Shown here: in pieces, positions 25,276-39,230 of the stretch | How the letters are laid out: each line of letters opens with the position of its first letter | Position numbering within the stretch: position 1 is the stretch's first letter | Origin: Felis catus | Lineage: Eukaryota | NCBI RefSeq assembly: GCF_018350175.1 | Contig: NC_058368.1 | Span: 166,224,001 to 166,288,000, forward strand | Length of the DNA stretch: 64,000 nt | Direction of reading: 5' to 3' | Translations under genes and position numbers: made by a program | Notes under the pieces: model-generated | Seen by the model: the letters and a program-made list of their open reading frames with translations, nothing else | Database searches by the model: none | Told to the model about the DNA's origin: nothing

Positions 25276-25935
25276 CAAAAACAGAAGAGAACATAATACT
25301 CAGAAACAATGGGACTATTATAAAAGGTGTAGCATCAATATAATTGGGAATACCAGGGGGAAACAAAAGACTGAGACAGAGCAAGATAATTATTTGAACT
25401 AATAATGGCTGATAATTTTCCAAAATCAATAACTAATAGCAAGAAACCTAGAGAACAGCAAAGAGGGTAAATTCTAAAAAATCTGTACCTAGACATATTA
25501 TAGTCAAACTGCAAAAAATCAAAGACAGAGAAAATCTTGAAAAAAGTCAAAGGAAAAAAAACTGCTCTACTTATACAAGAGCAAGGAATTACATCAGACA
25601 TTTCTTCAAAAACTATATAAGCAGGAAGAGAGTGGAATAAAATGTTTAGTGTTCAAACAACAATGATCTAGAATTCTGTATCCATTCAAATTATTATCAG
25701 CAGTGAAGGATGAAGAAAAACTTTTTATTCAAACCAAAAACTGAAGGAATTTGTCACCAGTAGATCTTGAAAGAATGGTAAAATAAAGTATTTTATTTTT
25801 CTCTCTCTTAATTGATTTAACAGAGCTATTTGTTCAAAATAATAGCAACAATATATTGGACAAATATATGTTATAAATAAAATGAATAACAGCGATGTAT
25901 AAGAATGAAAAGAAGAATTGGGAGTACTTAGTTAT
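23935..25935 (+). mobile_element. L1MC-like 5' region and ORF1 remnant
   Basis: Collinear homology with 7855-10290, e.g. aaggagtttctagg..., gaaattgaagcctctgac, ggaattatcaga..., cttcccaaactgaaa. Confidence 0.8.
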
Positions 25936-26589
25936 AAGGAGAAAGATAAATCACAAATAAGAATGTTAATTTGTTAAATGTGGGAATTTGAAAAAGGTAA
26001 GAGGAAGTAGCTTCATTTCGGAAAAGAAGAATCACCTTTTGAGGTAGGAGTGGGAAAAAAAGCAATGATGTGAGGGTGCAATTGAGGAAGCTTATGCAAA
26101 TGACTTCCATTCTCAGTAAATTAGGTGGCACAGCTCTCTGTGGAAAGAAAAGAATGATATTGAAAATGACATCAAAATAAAGATGTGACAAAGAACAGGA
26201 AATCTAAAAATACTTCTACAGGTAAAGAAATCATTTAAAACAAATAAGCAGATTTCTGGCTAGAGATTAAGAGTTAAGATAAGTAAATTATTATATGGAT
26301 GCTCATCACATGTTTCTAGGAGCATTTCCAGCAATATCAGGCTGAACGGGAGCAAGAAATGAAGTAAAGATACAGGCAGAGTATTGTCTTAGGGAGCCCT
26401 GTTTTTTATTTGTTTATTTCCCTAAGTGTTATCTAAATTTCTGCTCTCTTTATTGACACACCCTTCTAACTGTTTGATTTCAGTGGTTAAGATGAAATCA
26501 ACAGTCCTATCTCTAGCCTTTCTGGATAGTGTAGGGAAGAAAAAGAAAAAAAGTAGTGTGATAAAGTGTCTAAATTTTGTTTAAGCTTT

Positions 26590-27320
26590 TCATGGTCTCT
26601 TTCTACTGAGCAGGAAGGAGCTGCAAGAGAATATTGTTTTTACCATAATAATGAGAAAAGGCCAAGTAATCTGCAAAACCATAACTTTTATGAATCTACC
26701 AGACATAGGATGCCACTAGGTAATCAAAGAAATTGAACTCCAAAGAGTGACAAGTCACTACTGGAAGAGATGAGACACAAGAAGTTTCTTTACCTTCAGA
26801 AGAATATGGGAAAGAGGGTGTTGACAAAAAGGTAAGAAGAAATTGACTAAAATGTTAACCAGTTTTTAAAGGCCAAATATGGGGCAGGATGACAGTTTGG
26901 AAAAGCTAGGACCCCCAAACCCAAGGTGGATTTATAGCCCTCTGAAGGGTGCTCATAAGAAAGTGTGGGGACCAAAAAACAAAAACAAAAACAAAACAAA
27001 ACACAAAACAAAGAAACAAAAAAGGTGTGGGGATAGGGAGAAAATCAAAGACACCCATTCCCCAAGGTACAGGATGAAGGTGGTGATTAGCTGATGCTGG
27101 AGAAAGACACAAAACTATGCCCATTTCCCTCAGAACATGCCCATGTTGGAGCGAAAATCTTAGGCCACTGGTGAAGGACAGCACGCTCTCCAGCTCTCAG
27201 GGACGAGGCAAAATCCATGCTTCTGGGGGGGGGGGGGTCAGGTTTGGTAGGAGAAAAACATAATCTGCATCTGGGAAAGTAAAAACAACACTTACACAAA
27301 TTGGATGCTAGTGAGGACCT
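26590..27320 (+). mobile_element. Probable old L1 5'-region remnant
   Basis: Resembles the openings of the two L1MC-like 5' ends; contains (AAAAC)n and a G13 run. Confidence 0.4.
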
Positions 27321-27344
27321 TTATTAGCTGGGGAAAGGATAGGA

Positions 27345-27530
27345 GTAGGTTGCTGGATTCAGCAAATAAAAATATGACTTCCAGTTAAATTTAAACCTCA
27401 AATACAAAAGAAACTTTTTAAGTATCCCATGTTTATTCCATAGGATACGCTTGCATAAACAGCATATTCTATAAGACATACTTATGCTAATAACTGATTT
27501 ATTATTTACATGACATTCAAATTGAACCTT
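27345..27530. mobile_element. MER53-like palindromic hAT MITE
   Basis: 'ggttgctggattcagcaaataaaaata...ccagttaaattt' ... 'gacatacttatgctaa...attcaaatt'. Confidence 0.8.
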
Positions 27531-27644
27531 AGGTAGAAGCAAAGACCCCTGCCCCTGATGGAGGAGACTGAAACCCTCTTGTGCCTACATTCTGTTTGCT
27601 TTACAGTCAAAATTGATTTAGTGTCTGACTAGTTTTCAGCAGCT

Positions 27645-28340
27645 GATCTGCCACTGTCATTTCTCACCTGAATTATTGGCAAGGTTCTTTATTTAACCTT
27701 ATAATCCGTTTGTAACTGGTGTAACTGCTTTTTCCCTTGTCTACATACAATCACTTCTCAAGACAGCAGTCAGAATGTTACTATTAAGACCTAAGGCACA
27801 ATATGTTCTCCTTAACTCAAGTCCTCGAATAGTTTCCAGTGAGAAAAAAAGCTCAGAAGAAAAGCTTTGGAGGCCTACAAAGTTCTGGAAAGTCTAGCCC
27901 TTTCTCTGAATTCATTTCTTCACTTCAGCAACAGGACATCTTTTGGTTTGTTGTATTTGCCAATCATATTCCCACTTTAGGGTCTTTGTGCTTGCTTTTC
28001 TTTCTGTCTGGAAGGCTTTTCTCCCAATTAGCAACAGATGGGTCTCCTCTCATCCTTTGGATCTTTTCTCAGATGGTAGCTGTTAACTGAGGCCTTCTGT
28101 TACTTGTGTTTCCTAAGATTCCATATCACCATTCCTACCCACCACTCCCTATTCCCATTATGCTTTATTTTTAGTCATCTAAGACAGCATAGATTTTACT
28201 TATGTCATGTTTTTCTATCTCCTCTCGTTTAACAAAGGTTGGAGATTCTTTTTCTTTTACTCATGCCCGTGTCCAGGACTTAGAAGAGCTCCTGGAAACA
28301 TAATTGCTCAATAAATCCGTGTTGAATGAATGAAGAGATA
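27645..28340 (+). mobile_element. L2 LINE 3' region
   Basis: Ends 'gctcaataaatccgtgttgaatgaatgaa'. Confidence 0.85.
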
Positions 28341-30099
28341 CATAAATGAATGAGTGCATGAATTAAAGCATAAAATTGAGCAAATATTGCTATCAAAATG
28401 AAAATGTACTCCTGTAGAACATGCAATCCTGTTTTAGAGATGTTGATGAAACATGGTATATTTATATGTTGCTCCTTCTGAATATTCATTACATCAGACT
28501 ATGACTTTTCTTGATTCCTTAGGATGCAGCAGTAACCCTCAATCTCACACTAAGTTTCTATATTGATATAAAGTGCTGCCTCAGATGGGACATACTGTAG
28601 CCTTTTAATACCAGCATTCATCATACTAAAATATATGCATGGCCTATAACTTCTGTGGAATAGCCTACAATGTGGAATAGGAGTGATCCCGAGGCAGAGC
28701 TTAAAATAAGCAAATAGGTCAAATGTTCAACTTACCTGCAATATTTTTAATTACTTGGCATATCTTTTTAAATGAATGTTCAGGCCCTATCAAACCATCG
28801 TGACACTAAACTTAAATGAGAGGAATACCAGAAGCCCCATGTGTTTCATCTTTTTTAATGCTCCAAGTAAAATGAATCTTTTGATTTTTTTTTCATCCTG
28901 AAAATGTCTCTAAAGAGCCAATGGTTTAAATGCAAAGTTCTTCCCTTAAGGAAAGGTTCGAAGTTTTCATTTTCCAAGAGTAAAATATTACTTTCTCACA
29001 TGAAAGTTTTGTCTATTTTATTGCTAGAGTTGAAAAAAGAAAAAGTCTCAGAACTTCTTTAATATAGCCCAATTCATCAAACTGATTTTTTCTTGCTCTA
29101 GGTTATTTCTCATTGATATTCCCTTTGGTGGCTGGAAATTTCTAAATTAGTGTTTCATACATCTATGTGGCACACATTATTTAGCTAACTATTACCTTTC
29201 ATTTGTATTCATTATGTGTGTATGTGACTTTATCATTGCTCAGCATTATAATAACCATAAAGGAGTGATTTATATTGCCATAGATACAGAGATAAAAGTA
29301 TTTCACTTAAAAATCAGCATCTTTCCTTATTATAATCTGTTAAAGAAAGGAACTTCATTAAACATAAAATGTCACTGTGAGTATGTTTGTATTTATTATA
29401 ATATCAGTGAACAAGAGCTTTTAGTATCTTCTTGTTTGGTTGTTCAGATATTAAAAATCTATATGTATTTTAAACCTTAGAATACTACCTTTTATCGTTG
29501 AAAGAGAAGTGAAATAATGATGATGGTAATAGTTGCACACTCTAGGTAAAAAAAGTTTGTGCTGTATAAATTAAGCAAGCTGCCAAATTAATTAGAGTGG
29601 GGATTTAGACCAAAGGATGGAATTTTTTTCCTTTTTCCTTTTCTTTTTTCTTTTTTGAGAATGTACATAATTGTTTTGAATGTTATCCAGTTGCAAAATA
29701 TAAACATGCTCTACTCTCACAATCGGTTTTTAAGATGATGTAACCACAAGATTCACTTTAAGAAGTATTTTCAATTTTGACTAATTTTTATGTGAATATA
29801 TATTCCATATACATATTTTGAGGGAACAATGGGTATACCCTCCATCAATTTCACAAATGAGAGTTTGTAATGATTAAATAACCCAGATCATTAAAGTACA
29901 AATGATATAGGCCAATTACTGTTAAAAATTACTAGTACTAAATTTCAAAAAGGTTAATTAGTTTGTTTTCTGTCCCTACTTTGTTATTTTAAAAATAAAA
30001 TTTTATTTTTATTTGCTCCTATGCAATGATACTATTGCTTACATTAAAACAGGAGTAATTATATTTACATTTACATACATATTTAAAAACAAGACATCA

Positions 30100-30257
30100 T
30101 GATTTTAGAGAGAGCAGAGGAGGGGCAGAGAGAATCTTAATCAGGCTTGGTGCTAGGGCTGCAGCCAGTGTGTGGCTCTATCTCAAGACAGTGAAATCAT
30201 GACCTGAGCTGCAATGAAGAGTCTGTCCCTTAACCAACTGAGCCACTCAGACTTCCC
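30100..30257 (-). mobile_element. Older CAN-SINE
   Basis: 'atcatgacctgagctg...cttaaccaactgagccactcagacttccc'. Confidence 0.85.
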
Positions 30258-30296
30258 AACATAAAGCATCATTTTTTATAGTTTTGGAAGTCAGTC

Positions 30297-30870
30297 TGTG
30301 ATGACTCTGTTTAAATGTGAACTTGGCTAGTTTAAGGTACCCATGTACTTGGTCAAGCACTAATATAGGGATTGCTGTAGAAGTTTTTAGATGAGATTAA
30401 CATTTTTTAAATGTTTATTTATTTATTTTGAGAGAAAGAGGGAGAGATAGGGAGAATGAGTGGAGGAGGGGCAGACAGAGAGGGAAAAAGAGAGAATCCC
30501 AAGCAGGCTCTGTGCTGTCAGCCAGCACAGAGCCCTATATGAGGCTCCATCTCGCAACCATGAGATCACGACCTGAGTGGAAATCAAGAGTCTGACATTT
30601 AACAGACTGAGCCCCGTAGGTGACTTGAAATTAACATTTAAGTCAGTAAATGTTGACTAAAGTAGATTAACCTTCATAACCATCAGCCTCACTCAATCAG
30701 TTGAAGGCCTTAAGTGCAAAAGACTGAAACTCTTCAAGGAAGAAGGAATTCTCCCTACAGAGTGCCTTCACTCAGGCTCTAGCTACAGTATCAGTTTTCC
30801 AGTCTGCCCTCTGCCTTGCAGGTTTTAGACTTGCCAGCTCCCACAATCTCATAAACAAATTCCTTAAAAG

Positions 30871-30906
<36 letters not shown>

Positions 30907-30948
30907 ACCCTATTGGCTCTGTTTATCTGGAGAACCCTAATTAATACA
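30297..30948 (+). mobile_element. ERVL solo LTR (MLT2B-like) containing a SINE and (CA)n
   Basis: Starts tgtgatg...gtgaacttggctag; ends 'cctattggctctgtttatctggagaaccctaattaataca'. Confidence 0.9.
30406..30626 (-). mobile_element. CAN-SINE nested in MLT2
   Basis: TSD-like gagattaacattt/gaaattaacattt. Confidence 0.9.
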
Positions 30949-31290
30949 CTTTCAAAAATCTCTACTGTAACCATCCTTTGCTTTTTGACTGATGCTTCCT
31001 CTCCTATAGGCTTTTCCCTGGCCTTGTTCCCTCTGACTCTCCCCAAGCCACCAGAGTTCACCATTTTGGCCACATAAGCTTTTGTGAGAGAGAAATAAGA
31101 CTTGGTATTTTTGGTCTTATAAATTCAGAGGTGGAATAATGAAAGAAACTGATAATAAAACAAAGTATGATAATAAAACAAATGATGTGACTCAAACCAA
31201 CTCGGCAAATAATCAGCCTTGAGGGAAACAAATTCAGAAGTCAATTTCAAAAAAAAAAAGATGACCTTTAGATATAACCACAGTAAACTG

Positions 31291-31293
<3 letters not shown>

Positions 31294-31332
<39 letters not shown>

Positions 31333-31340
31333 TATATATA
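31294..31340. repeat. (CA)n microsatellite with (TA)n end
   Basis: Direct reading. Confidence 0.9.
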
Positions 31341-32703
31341 ACCTTTTGTAATCTTTAAGGTTTTTAAGGAGACAAATAATCTTATATTAGTATAAAATAG
31401 CTAAATCTTATTATAGTCTTCCTAAAATATAGACAAATCTGCAGCCCTTAAATAACAGGACTTTTGATCATGTAGAAGGGCAATGACATTGATCTATGGA
31501 ACACTTTGGAGCTAGTGGGTGGAATGGGGTGACCGGCGGATACAGAGTGGGTGCTTTAGGAAAGGATAAAACTTACAACATCCTAGAAAAAGGAAACTGG
31601 GTGAGAAAGGGTACTGAAAGAGAGAAGAGCAGATACCAATAATAATAGTAACAATGATAATGAATAATAACACAACTTTGTTTAATATTTAACCCATCTT
31701 CAGAAAAATAAGGAATCCCTGCTTCTTCCTTTTGATACTTTATTGTCTTCTCAATGTAGGATTCTGAATTCAAGCCAGCAATATTAGCGTTTCATTTTTG
31801 CTAGATTAGAGTTTGTATGCATTTAAACTGAGAACTGAACAAATTTAATAATATTATTCCCATTGAAATATATGTTCAAAGTCATAAATAATCAAAATAA
31901 ACTCTAGTAACATAATCTACTTGTAATTTTGAGGCCTGCCAATGTTATTAAATGTGTTATCACTCATATTGAAGACAACGCAAACTTTAAGCATTTTGCC
32001 AACATTTTTGTTGATCTCTTATGAATCTGGATTCATAAAGACTTTCCAAGATGATTTAATTATTTCAAACCATAAAAAGTTCTGCCAATATTTACCAGTG
32101 GGGTTTTAAAATTGAACAGAATTGTCTCAGCTTTGTGATTTTAAAAGTTCAATTGCTATGGGGACACATTTTCAGTTAGTTGATTGATATGAGAACTTTT
32201 TGAAATCTGATAACTTTCCATTTAGACCATGAATTATATCAAATTGCCCCTTTGTAAAGCCAATAATATTATTTTTTCAAAGCAAGAAAACATCTGGAAA
32301 AATTTTAAGTTTTTTGCATACACATAATCAACTATAATAAATTACTATTTACTGAATATCTATTCAACAGGAGGGAGCAAATACTAATTAAACAAAACCT
32401 GAGAAGGGTAGAATAGAGAACCTTCATTTAAAAGCTAAGGTAGTATAAAATAAGAAAGCTTTAGGAGTCAGCAAGTCCTCAAGAATCTGAGAATTTAGCA
32501 TGTTATCTAAATTTAGTCCTCTTATTATCACTTTCTCACTTTTATATTATTTAATAATTCCATTACTATTAAATTAATAGTTCCATTTATAGCTAATAAG
32601 GCATGTAATCACTACCTATTTTAGCCTCATCCTAGAAAATATCATCCTTGAAATCAGATTCAATGTGTTAATTGTACTTTTGAATATGTATTTGCCAGTT
32701 TGC

Positions 32704-32947
32704 TTTTTTTTAAGTTTATTTACTTATTTTGAGAGACAGAGAGAGAGAGAGGAAAAGAGAGAGACAGCTAGGGGTGGGGCAGAGAGAGAGAGGGAGAAAG
32801 AGAATCCCAAGCAGGCGTCACAACAGAGCACTGCATGGGTAGTGCACAGAGCACTACACGGGTGTTGATCCGATGAACCATGAGATCATGACCTGAGCCA
32901 AAAATCAAGAACTAGGGGCTCAACCAACTGATCCAGCTAGGCACCCC
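32704..32947 (-). mobile_element. CAN-SINE
   Basis: T tail, GA tract, 'gagatcatgacctgagcc...ctaggcacccc'. Confidence 0.9.
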
Positions 32948-33829
32948 TGCCTGATCATTTTTATCTACCACTTAAAATCATCTTAATTACCTAGTGTTGT
33001 ATACATGCCACACGTTGTGAGAAACGGTTTGATAGGAATCCTGTCTGAAAAAAACTCAAGAAGGTACCATCAAGCCTCCAGAATGTAGTGTTTCATTGCT
33101 TAGCATGGAAACTTGTTCCACTGGAGAACCCTAGTTTTTCAAAAGCTCTTCCTTAAACTGAACTAAAATCTGTTTCCTCATGATGCCACATGAAAACTGT
33201 AGATAGATACAAATTGGGTTGTGTCTACCCTATTTGAAAATTATACTAGGAATAAAGTGACCAGGAATAGCTAGAGATTAAAGTGACTTCTGCCTTAGAA
33301 AAATTTTATTACTAATTACCATGTGAATATTAATTTTCAATAGGTTCATACTTATTTAGAGTGATTATAGCTTTTTTTTTAGTTTTTTCAACTTATATGC
33401 TTAATCAGATAGTGTAGAATTTTTTTCAGCGTGTGTTGTCAAGCTTACCAATTCTTCTCTTTCTTAAAATGAAAAAACCTAAAAAAAACTTGCCCACCTG
33501 CAACTGGGTTGTTTACAATTCTCTGTAATTTCACAAAATTATCTAGTTTTATTTTATATTTCTCCTTATTCTACAATTTCATGTCAAATACTCTTGGTAT
33601 TTTCAGATATAAGGTAAAAAGACTCAATGTCATTTATAGACGCACTCCTGCCTTACCCTAATCTAACATTTAGGTTTTTCAGTCTAGGTTACCTGGAAAA
33701 CAGTAAAACCATTAGAAGAAATAAAAACAAAAATCATCTAGAGACAAGTAAAAATAGTAAAATCAAAAGATTATATTTATTTAAATTTTCCTGGCTGAGA
33801 ACATTGATAAGTCTTGCTAAATATTCTAT

Positions 33830-34039
33830 GGGGCGCCTGGGTGGCTCAGTCGGTTAAGAGGCTGACTTCGGCTCAGGTCATGATTTCACGGTCCGTGAGT
33901 TCGAGCCCCGCGTTGGGCTCTGTGCTGACAGCTCAGAGCCTGAAGCCTGTTTCAGATTCTGTGTCTCCCTCTCTCTGACCCTCCCCCATTCATGCTCTGT
34001 CTCTCTGTCTCAAAAATAAATGTTAAAAAAATTTTTTTT
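33830..34039 (+). mobile_element. Felid SINE
   Basis: ggggcgcctgggtggctcagtcggttaag head. TSD aatattcta at 33820-33828 and 34040-34048. Confidence 0.96.
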
Positions 34040-34074
34040 AATATTCTAAAACTACATTGATAACCAAGACTTTT

Positions 34075-34287
34075 TTTTAATGTTTATTTATTTTTGAGAG
34101 AGAGAGAGAGAGACAGAGCTTGAGTGGGAGAGGGGCAGAGAGACAGGGAGAAACAGAATCTGAAGCAGGCTCCAGGTTCTGAGATGTTAGCACAGAGCCA
34201 TATGCGGGGCTTGAGGTCACAGATTGTGAAATCATGACCTGAGCTGAAGTTGGAAGCTTAACAAACTGAGCCACCCAACTCTGCCCC
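34075..34287 (-). mobile_element. CAN-SINE
   Basis: Degenerate TSD gataaccaagactttt/gatgaccaaaactttt. Confidence 0.95.
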
Positions 34288-34910
34288 GATGACCAAAACT
34301 TTTAAACACATCTTATGTTGCTGTGATTCTCTGCAGGTTTTGCCATATAATGAACCTCAATGCATCAATATGTGTATGTGTACATTATATATAACTTTCC
34401 TTGGATAGAAAAACTATGTGTACGTATTTCTTTACATCCATGAGTAATTGTAACTCTTTCCAATTAAACTTTCCTAGCTTAGTCAATATTCATTCAACCA
34501 ATCAACAGATGTGGACATTTGACTTAGTAAGATTACAGATGTGAAGGATAATGTTTTGATCAAATCTCCTTGTTATAACACTGTTGACTAAATCAGAATT
34601 ACACTCAAAATTACTTTTATTAAAAATTATGTTAATTCATCCTAGAAAAATCTCTGATTTTATATTTATAAAGTTAATAGTCTCATTGGCTTTTAATAGT
34701 TAAGATGACTTTCAGGAAAATAAGGGTTCACAAATCTCGGATAAGTTATTTAGCAGTTTTTACCCTAATATTGTATAATTATTATTTCCTGGTCAAATAA
34801 ACATAGGAAAAATATCACTCTTGCTTAGTGAGTAGGCTATTAAAGAGTAAAAGCTTTCTCCAGTGTCTCCTTCAGGAAACTACAATTTGTGAATTGACAG
34901 TGTATGTCAA

Positions 34911-34950
34911 TGTGTGTGTGTGGCGGTGGGGGGGGGGGGGGGGGGGGGGG
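34911..34950 (+). repeat. (TG)n followed by a G23 homopolymer (34928-34950)
   Basis: Direct reading. Confidence 0.9.
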
Positions 34951-35834
34951 AGGATGTAAGACATGTTCTCATCACAGAGCTTTACCTACGCTAGGAGATT
35001 TTACTTCCCTTACTTTCCAGAGAAAAGAGAAGACTTTAGGAGTAAATTTTTTGAAGGGCTCATATTACTAGTATACAATATGCTCACATTCTTAACTTCT
35101 TGGTTTCTGATTTATTTTTCCCAAGTCTCTTTCCTATGTAGTTTGAATTCCATTTTCTTTCTCTGCATCTAGGATTTAATCATTTTCCTCTTTCCTTAGT
35201 TTAATTCATATAATTAAAAACACAAACAAAAAGAAAAATAAAGGAAGGCAAACATTGAGAACACTTTATCTCTTATTTTTTATTTCCTTTCTTTCATCCT
35301 GTCATGTTATGAGTTTCTCAAGGGCTTAAGAGCGTACAGGTGATTGATAGTTGTGTGTTTAATGAACAAAAAAGTGCTTTCCCTTAAGGTATCTTTTATC
35401 TTAGTAATTTCCTACAGAAGAGTTTAGAATAAGTTAAGCATACTTATATGGCTAAATGTCATATACAAAATAACTTCTGTAAAATATTGATAAATATATT
35501 AAAATATTAAAACAAATGTAAACAACTAGAAACAAAAATTGTAAATCTGAAGAAAACATTTTATCATTTTACCCTACACTATTGTCTTTTAACAGTGATA
35601 AGAATTTATCAGTATTCAGTTATTCATGTATCCCTGTTTCTTGAAATAATTAAGAGTAGAAAAGAATAAGTTAAATTTAAAATATTTACATCCATGGAAC
35701 TTAGAGAAAAATATCTTTCCTGTTGAAATTAAATTGTTTATGTAAGCAAGAAATCACAATAGTGCAGAATTATATGAATTATATTTAAAACATTGCATAC
35801 TTAGCATGATATATTTCCAAATGCAAATGTCACA

Positions 35835-38610
35835 TAATTTTATTGATATATCATTACTATAAAATAAAATAACACAAAAGAAGTTCAGTTTGACGATTTT
35901 TGCCAATTTTGCATAGCAATCAAACCACCATTCAAACTGATATACAAAAATCTCCATCACTCTAGTAAGTTTCCTCATGTATTTTTCCAATAAATTCCCT
36001 CTCCCTGTCTCCAAATTGAATTCTTTTATTTCTAATGCTATAGATAGATTTTGGCTGTTCTTAAACTTTATATGTAAAGTTACATAATAGGTAAATTTTT
36101 TGTATGTCTGGTTACTTCCACTCAACATTAAAAGTTTGAGATTCTATGTGGTTACTATAGCATGTGTTGGCAGTTTGTCACTATTATTTTGTTATTGCTG
36201 AGTAGTATTCCATTGTGTGATTATGCCACAATATTTTTATTTTTTCTTTTGATAGACATATCAGTTGTTTCCAGTTTGGGCTATTATGAATAAGGTTGCT
36301 ATTAAGATTCTTGTAGAAATCTTATTGTGGGCGTACGTTTATAATAGTGGTGGTACTGATGAACTTCTAGTAATAAATCCCTCATTCATAGAGTAGATAT
36401 AAGTTTAACTTAATTAAAAGCTGCCAAATATTTTTCTGAAGAGGTTTTAGCAATTTACCTACCCACCAACACTACATGAGAGTTCCAGGTGCTTTGCATC
36501 TATACCCACATTATTATTGTCAATATTTATTTTAAGAATTTTAGCCACTCTGCTAGGTATAAGGTAGTATATGTTTAATATTTTAACTTGGCTTTCCCTG
36601 AAAAACAATAGTGCTGATGCCTTTCCATTGTGAGTTGTGCTACTTTTCGTTTTCCTATATATTTTTACCATTTTACTTATTGTGAGTTTCCTCCCACCCC
36701 CAAATTTAATACTGTCATTTTATTATGTTCTTTTTCGCATTATTTCTAATAGAAAGTTAGCAATATTCATGTCTTTCCTTCCCTGGTATGATTTTTTTTT
36801 CTTGGAACCAGTTAATATTTGCCCTTTTCTGTAGTTTGCACTAGTGAGAGTATAATAAACCTGGGTATATTTTCTCTTTACAACCCTGATTGAAATTCAT
36901 TGAGTTTACTGAATCTGTTTTTATCCTTTATCAAATTGGAAAGTTCTTAGCCATTTTCTTTTCAATAATTTCTTTATCTTTCTTCTCTTCTTTTGGGACT
37001 TAAATTATAGAATATTAAACTGTTTGAAAATATCTTAAGGATCTCAGACTCTCTGGTTTGCTTTTATAATTATTTTTCCTATTTTTCTAATTACATATTT
37101 TTTATTTCCTCTCTTCAAGCTCACTCATCTTTTCTTCAGCTAGGTCTTGTCAGAATTTAAGTCTATCAAATGATTTCTATTCATCTGATATATTTTTCAT
37201 TTCTCACATTCCATTCATTTTTGGTGTTCATATCTCTGCTGAAAGTTCACATCTCTTAACAAATTTTTTCCACTTTTTCAAATGCATTATTTGATTATTT
37301 ACTTACACAAAATTATTTGAAAGTCCATGTTTGATAATTCTAATATTTGGACCATCTCTAAGACTGCTTCTAGTGACCATTTCCCCTTCTAAACTTGGGT
37401 CATATTTTCTTGTTTTTTTTTGGGGGGGGGCGGTTGTATCTTATATTTGATTTCCTGCTGAAAGTTTTATATAGAATAATAATAGAGACTTAAGTAAATA
37501 ATGTTTTTGTTAATTTTTTTTAATGATTATTTATTTCTGAGACAGAGACAGACCATGAGTGGGGGAGGGGCAGAGAGAGAGGGAGACATAGAATCCAAAG
37601 GAGGCTACAGGCTCTAAGCTGTTAGCACAGAGCCCCACATGGGGCTCGAACTCACAAACCATGAGTTCATGACCTGAACCCAAGTCGGACGCTTAACCGA
37701 CTGAGCCACCCAGGCGCCCCATAAGTAAATAATGTTAACGTCAAGAAAAGGGTGTATATCTTTCCTCTTATCCCAAAACAGTGAGTCCAAGTCTATCTAA
37801 CCTATATTTACTCTGGCTCCAAGTTTTGTACAGCCTTAAGATGGTTCAGATTACAACTGCTCTAAAAAATTTTTATGTAGAACTAGGAGTAGAGATCTGA
37901 ATCCTGGGAAGATTCCAAAAATCTTCCTGTTCTACAGTTAATTCAAATATGTGGAAAATCTCGTAGTTCTTTGCAGTTTCACTGCCAGGAGTTTAGCTTT
38001 CTGTTGAAGTCTTTAATCTGTAGTTCTACCCTGTGTTTTCTGAGTCTGAGTAAATCTCTTCCAGTTCAGTTGCCATTTCCTAGCTTCTGTAGGAGTTGAG
38101 TCTTGTATGTGTGGAGTTCTCTCCCACTGTTTTATTGAGATATAATTGACATATCGTATTGTTTGAGTTTTAGGTATAAACATTCTTTAGAAGCACGTTT
38201 CTCAGTTTTCTTGCCATCTCCTCAGTATTTTGTAGGTGAAAACCCAGGGTGCCTAAGGTCTTCTTTATGCTCTCTTACCTTGACTGACCAGAGCCTTTCT
38301 ATAGCTGAAGACCTAGAGGGCTGTTAACCAATTTCTCTCAATACTCCTGCTTCCTTCACCACCACCACATAAATGAAGAATAACAAGTAAGCAGGGCATG
38401 TAGATGCTATTTTTTTCTTTTGTAGAATGTGCTGGATTCCATCATACCACACCAGCCCACAGAGCACTTTTAAATATTTGTTAAAATCCAACTAATGTCT
38501 CTTCATCCACTTCTCTTGTGGATTTCTCTTCCTGAATAGTTCTACCAGGGATGGAAAGAGTTGTGAGTCTGTTCTCTCCTGAGTAGAACCTGAGGCTTTC
38601 TGGAATGTAT
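35835..38610 (-). mobile_element. Old L1 (L1ME-like) remnants: 3' UTR/ORF2 end, then more 5' fragments
   Basis: 'ttgctgagtagtattccattgtgtga', 'gttgtttccagtttgggctattatgaataaggttgct', 'ttggaaagttcttagccatt'. Confidence 0.75.
37506..37720 (-). mobile_element. Felid SINE
   Basis: Perfect 15-bp TSD taagtaaataatgtt at 37491-37505 and 37722-37736. Confidence 0.96.
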
Positions 38611-38617
38611 TTGTCTT

Positions 38618-38620
38618 TGT

Positions 38621-38671
<51 letters not shown>
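38618..38671. repeat. (TG)n(AG)n compound microsatellite
   Basis: Direct reading. Confidence 0.95.
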
Positions 38672-39079
38672 CAATTTTAAAAGGAGTTTTGCAAAACCAT
38701 GTTATTTTAGGTTGTTCCGGTTATTTTGGGTTTTAGTGTGAGAATAACTATCTCATGTAACTTCCTTATGCTTCTCAAAGCTTACTGATGAAAAATACTT
38801 TATCTAAAAGATATACATTACTATTAACCAAATAAGTAGAATGGAAAAAATATACAGAAATTATATACCACTCTGTGTTTATGTAGGTGAATACATAAAC
38901 AAACAGAGATATGTAGAAAAAACTGTAAGATGCCAAATGAGAGAACTTTATCTTTGACATTTATTCCACTTATCCTCTTGCAGACATCAATGTTTTTATC
39001 AACACGTCTATTAAAGTATTGATATACACATAATTAAAAATAGAATGCTAAGAGTACTCAGATGATATTGGCTAAATAT

Positions 39080-39230
39080 AGAATATCCACAAATACTCCT
39101 GGCATAGTTATAAGTTGTTTGCATTTATTATTATATTTAAATCTTATAAAATTATATGAGATATGTATAGTTGTTATTTTGATTTTACAAGTGTGAAAAC
39201 AGGCAATTGGAAAGGCAAGATTTAAACATG
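39080..39230 (-). mobile_element. MIR fragment
   Basis: 'attatatgagatatgtatagttgttattttgattttacaagtgtgaaaacaggc' is a degraded MIR core. Confidence 0.5.

Noticed and set aside
7855..25935. Apparent local duplication between 7.9-10.3 kb and 23.9-25.9 kb
   Set aside because: Similarity is confined to L1MC-like sequence and is highly diverged; two copies of one family explain it.
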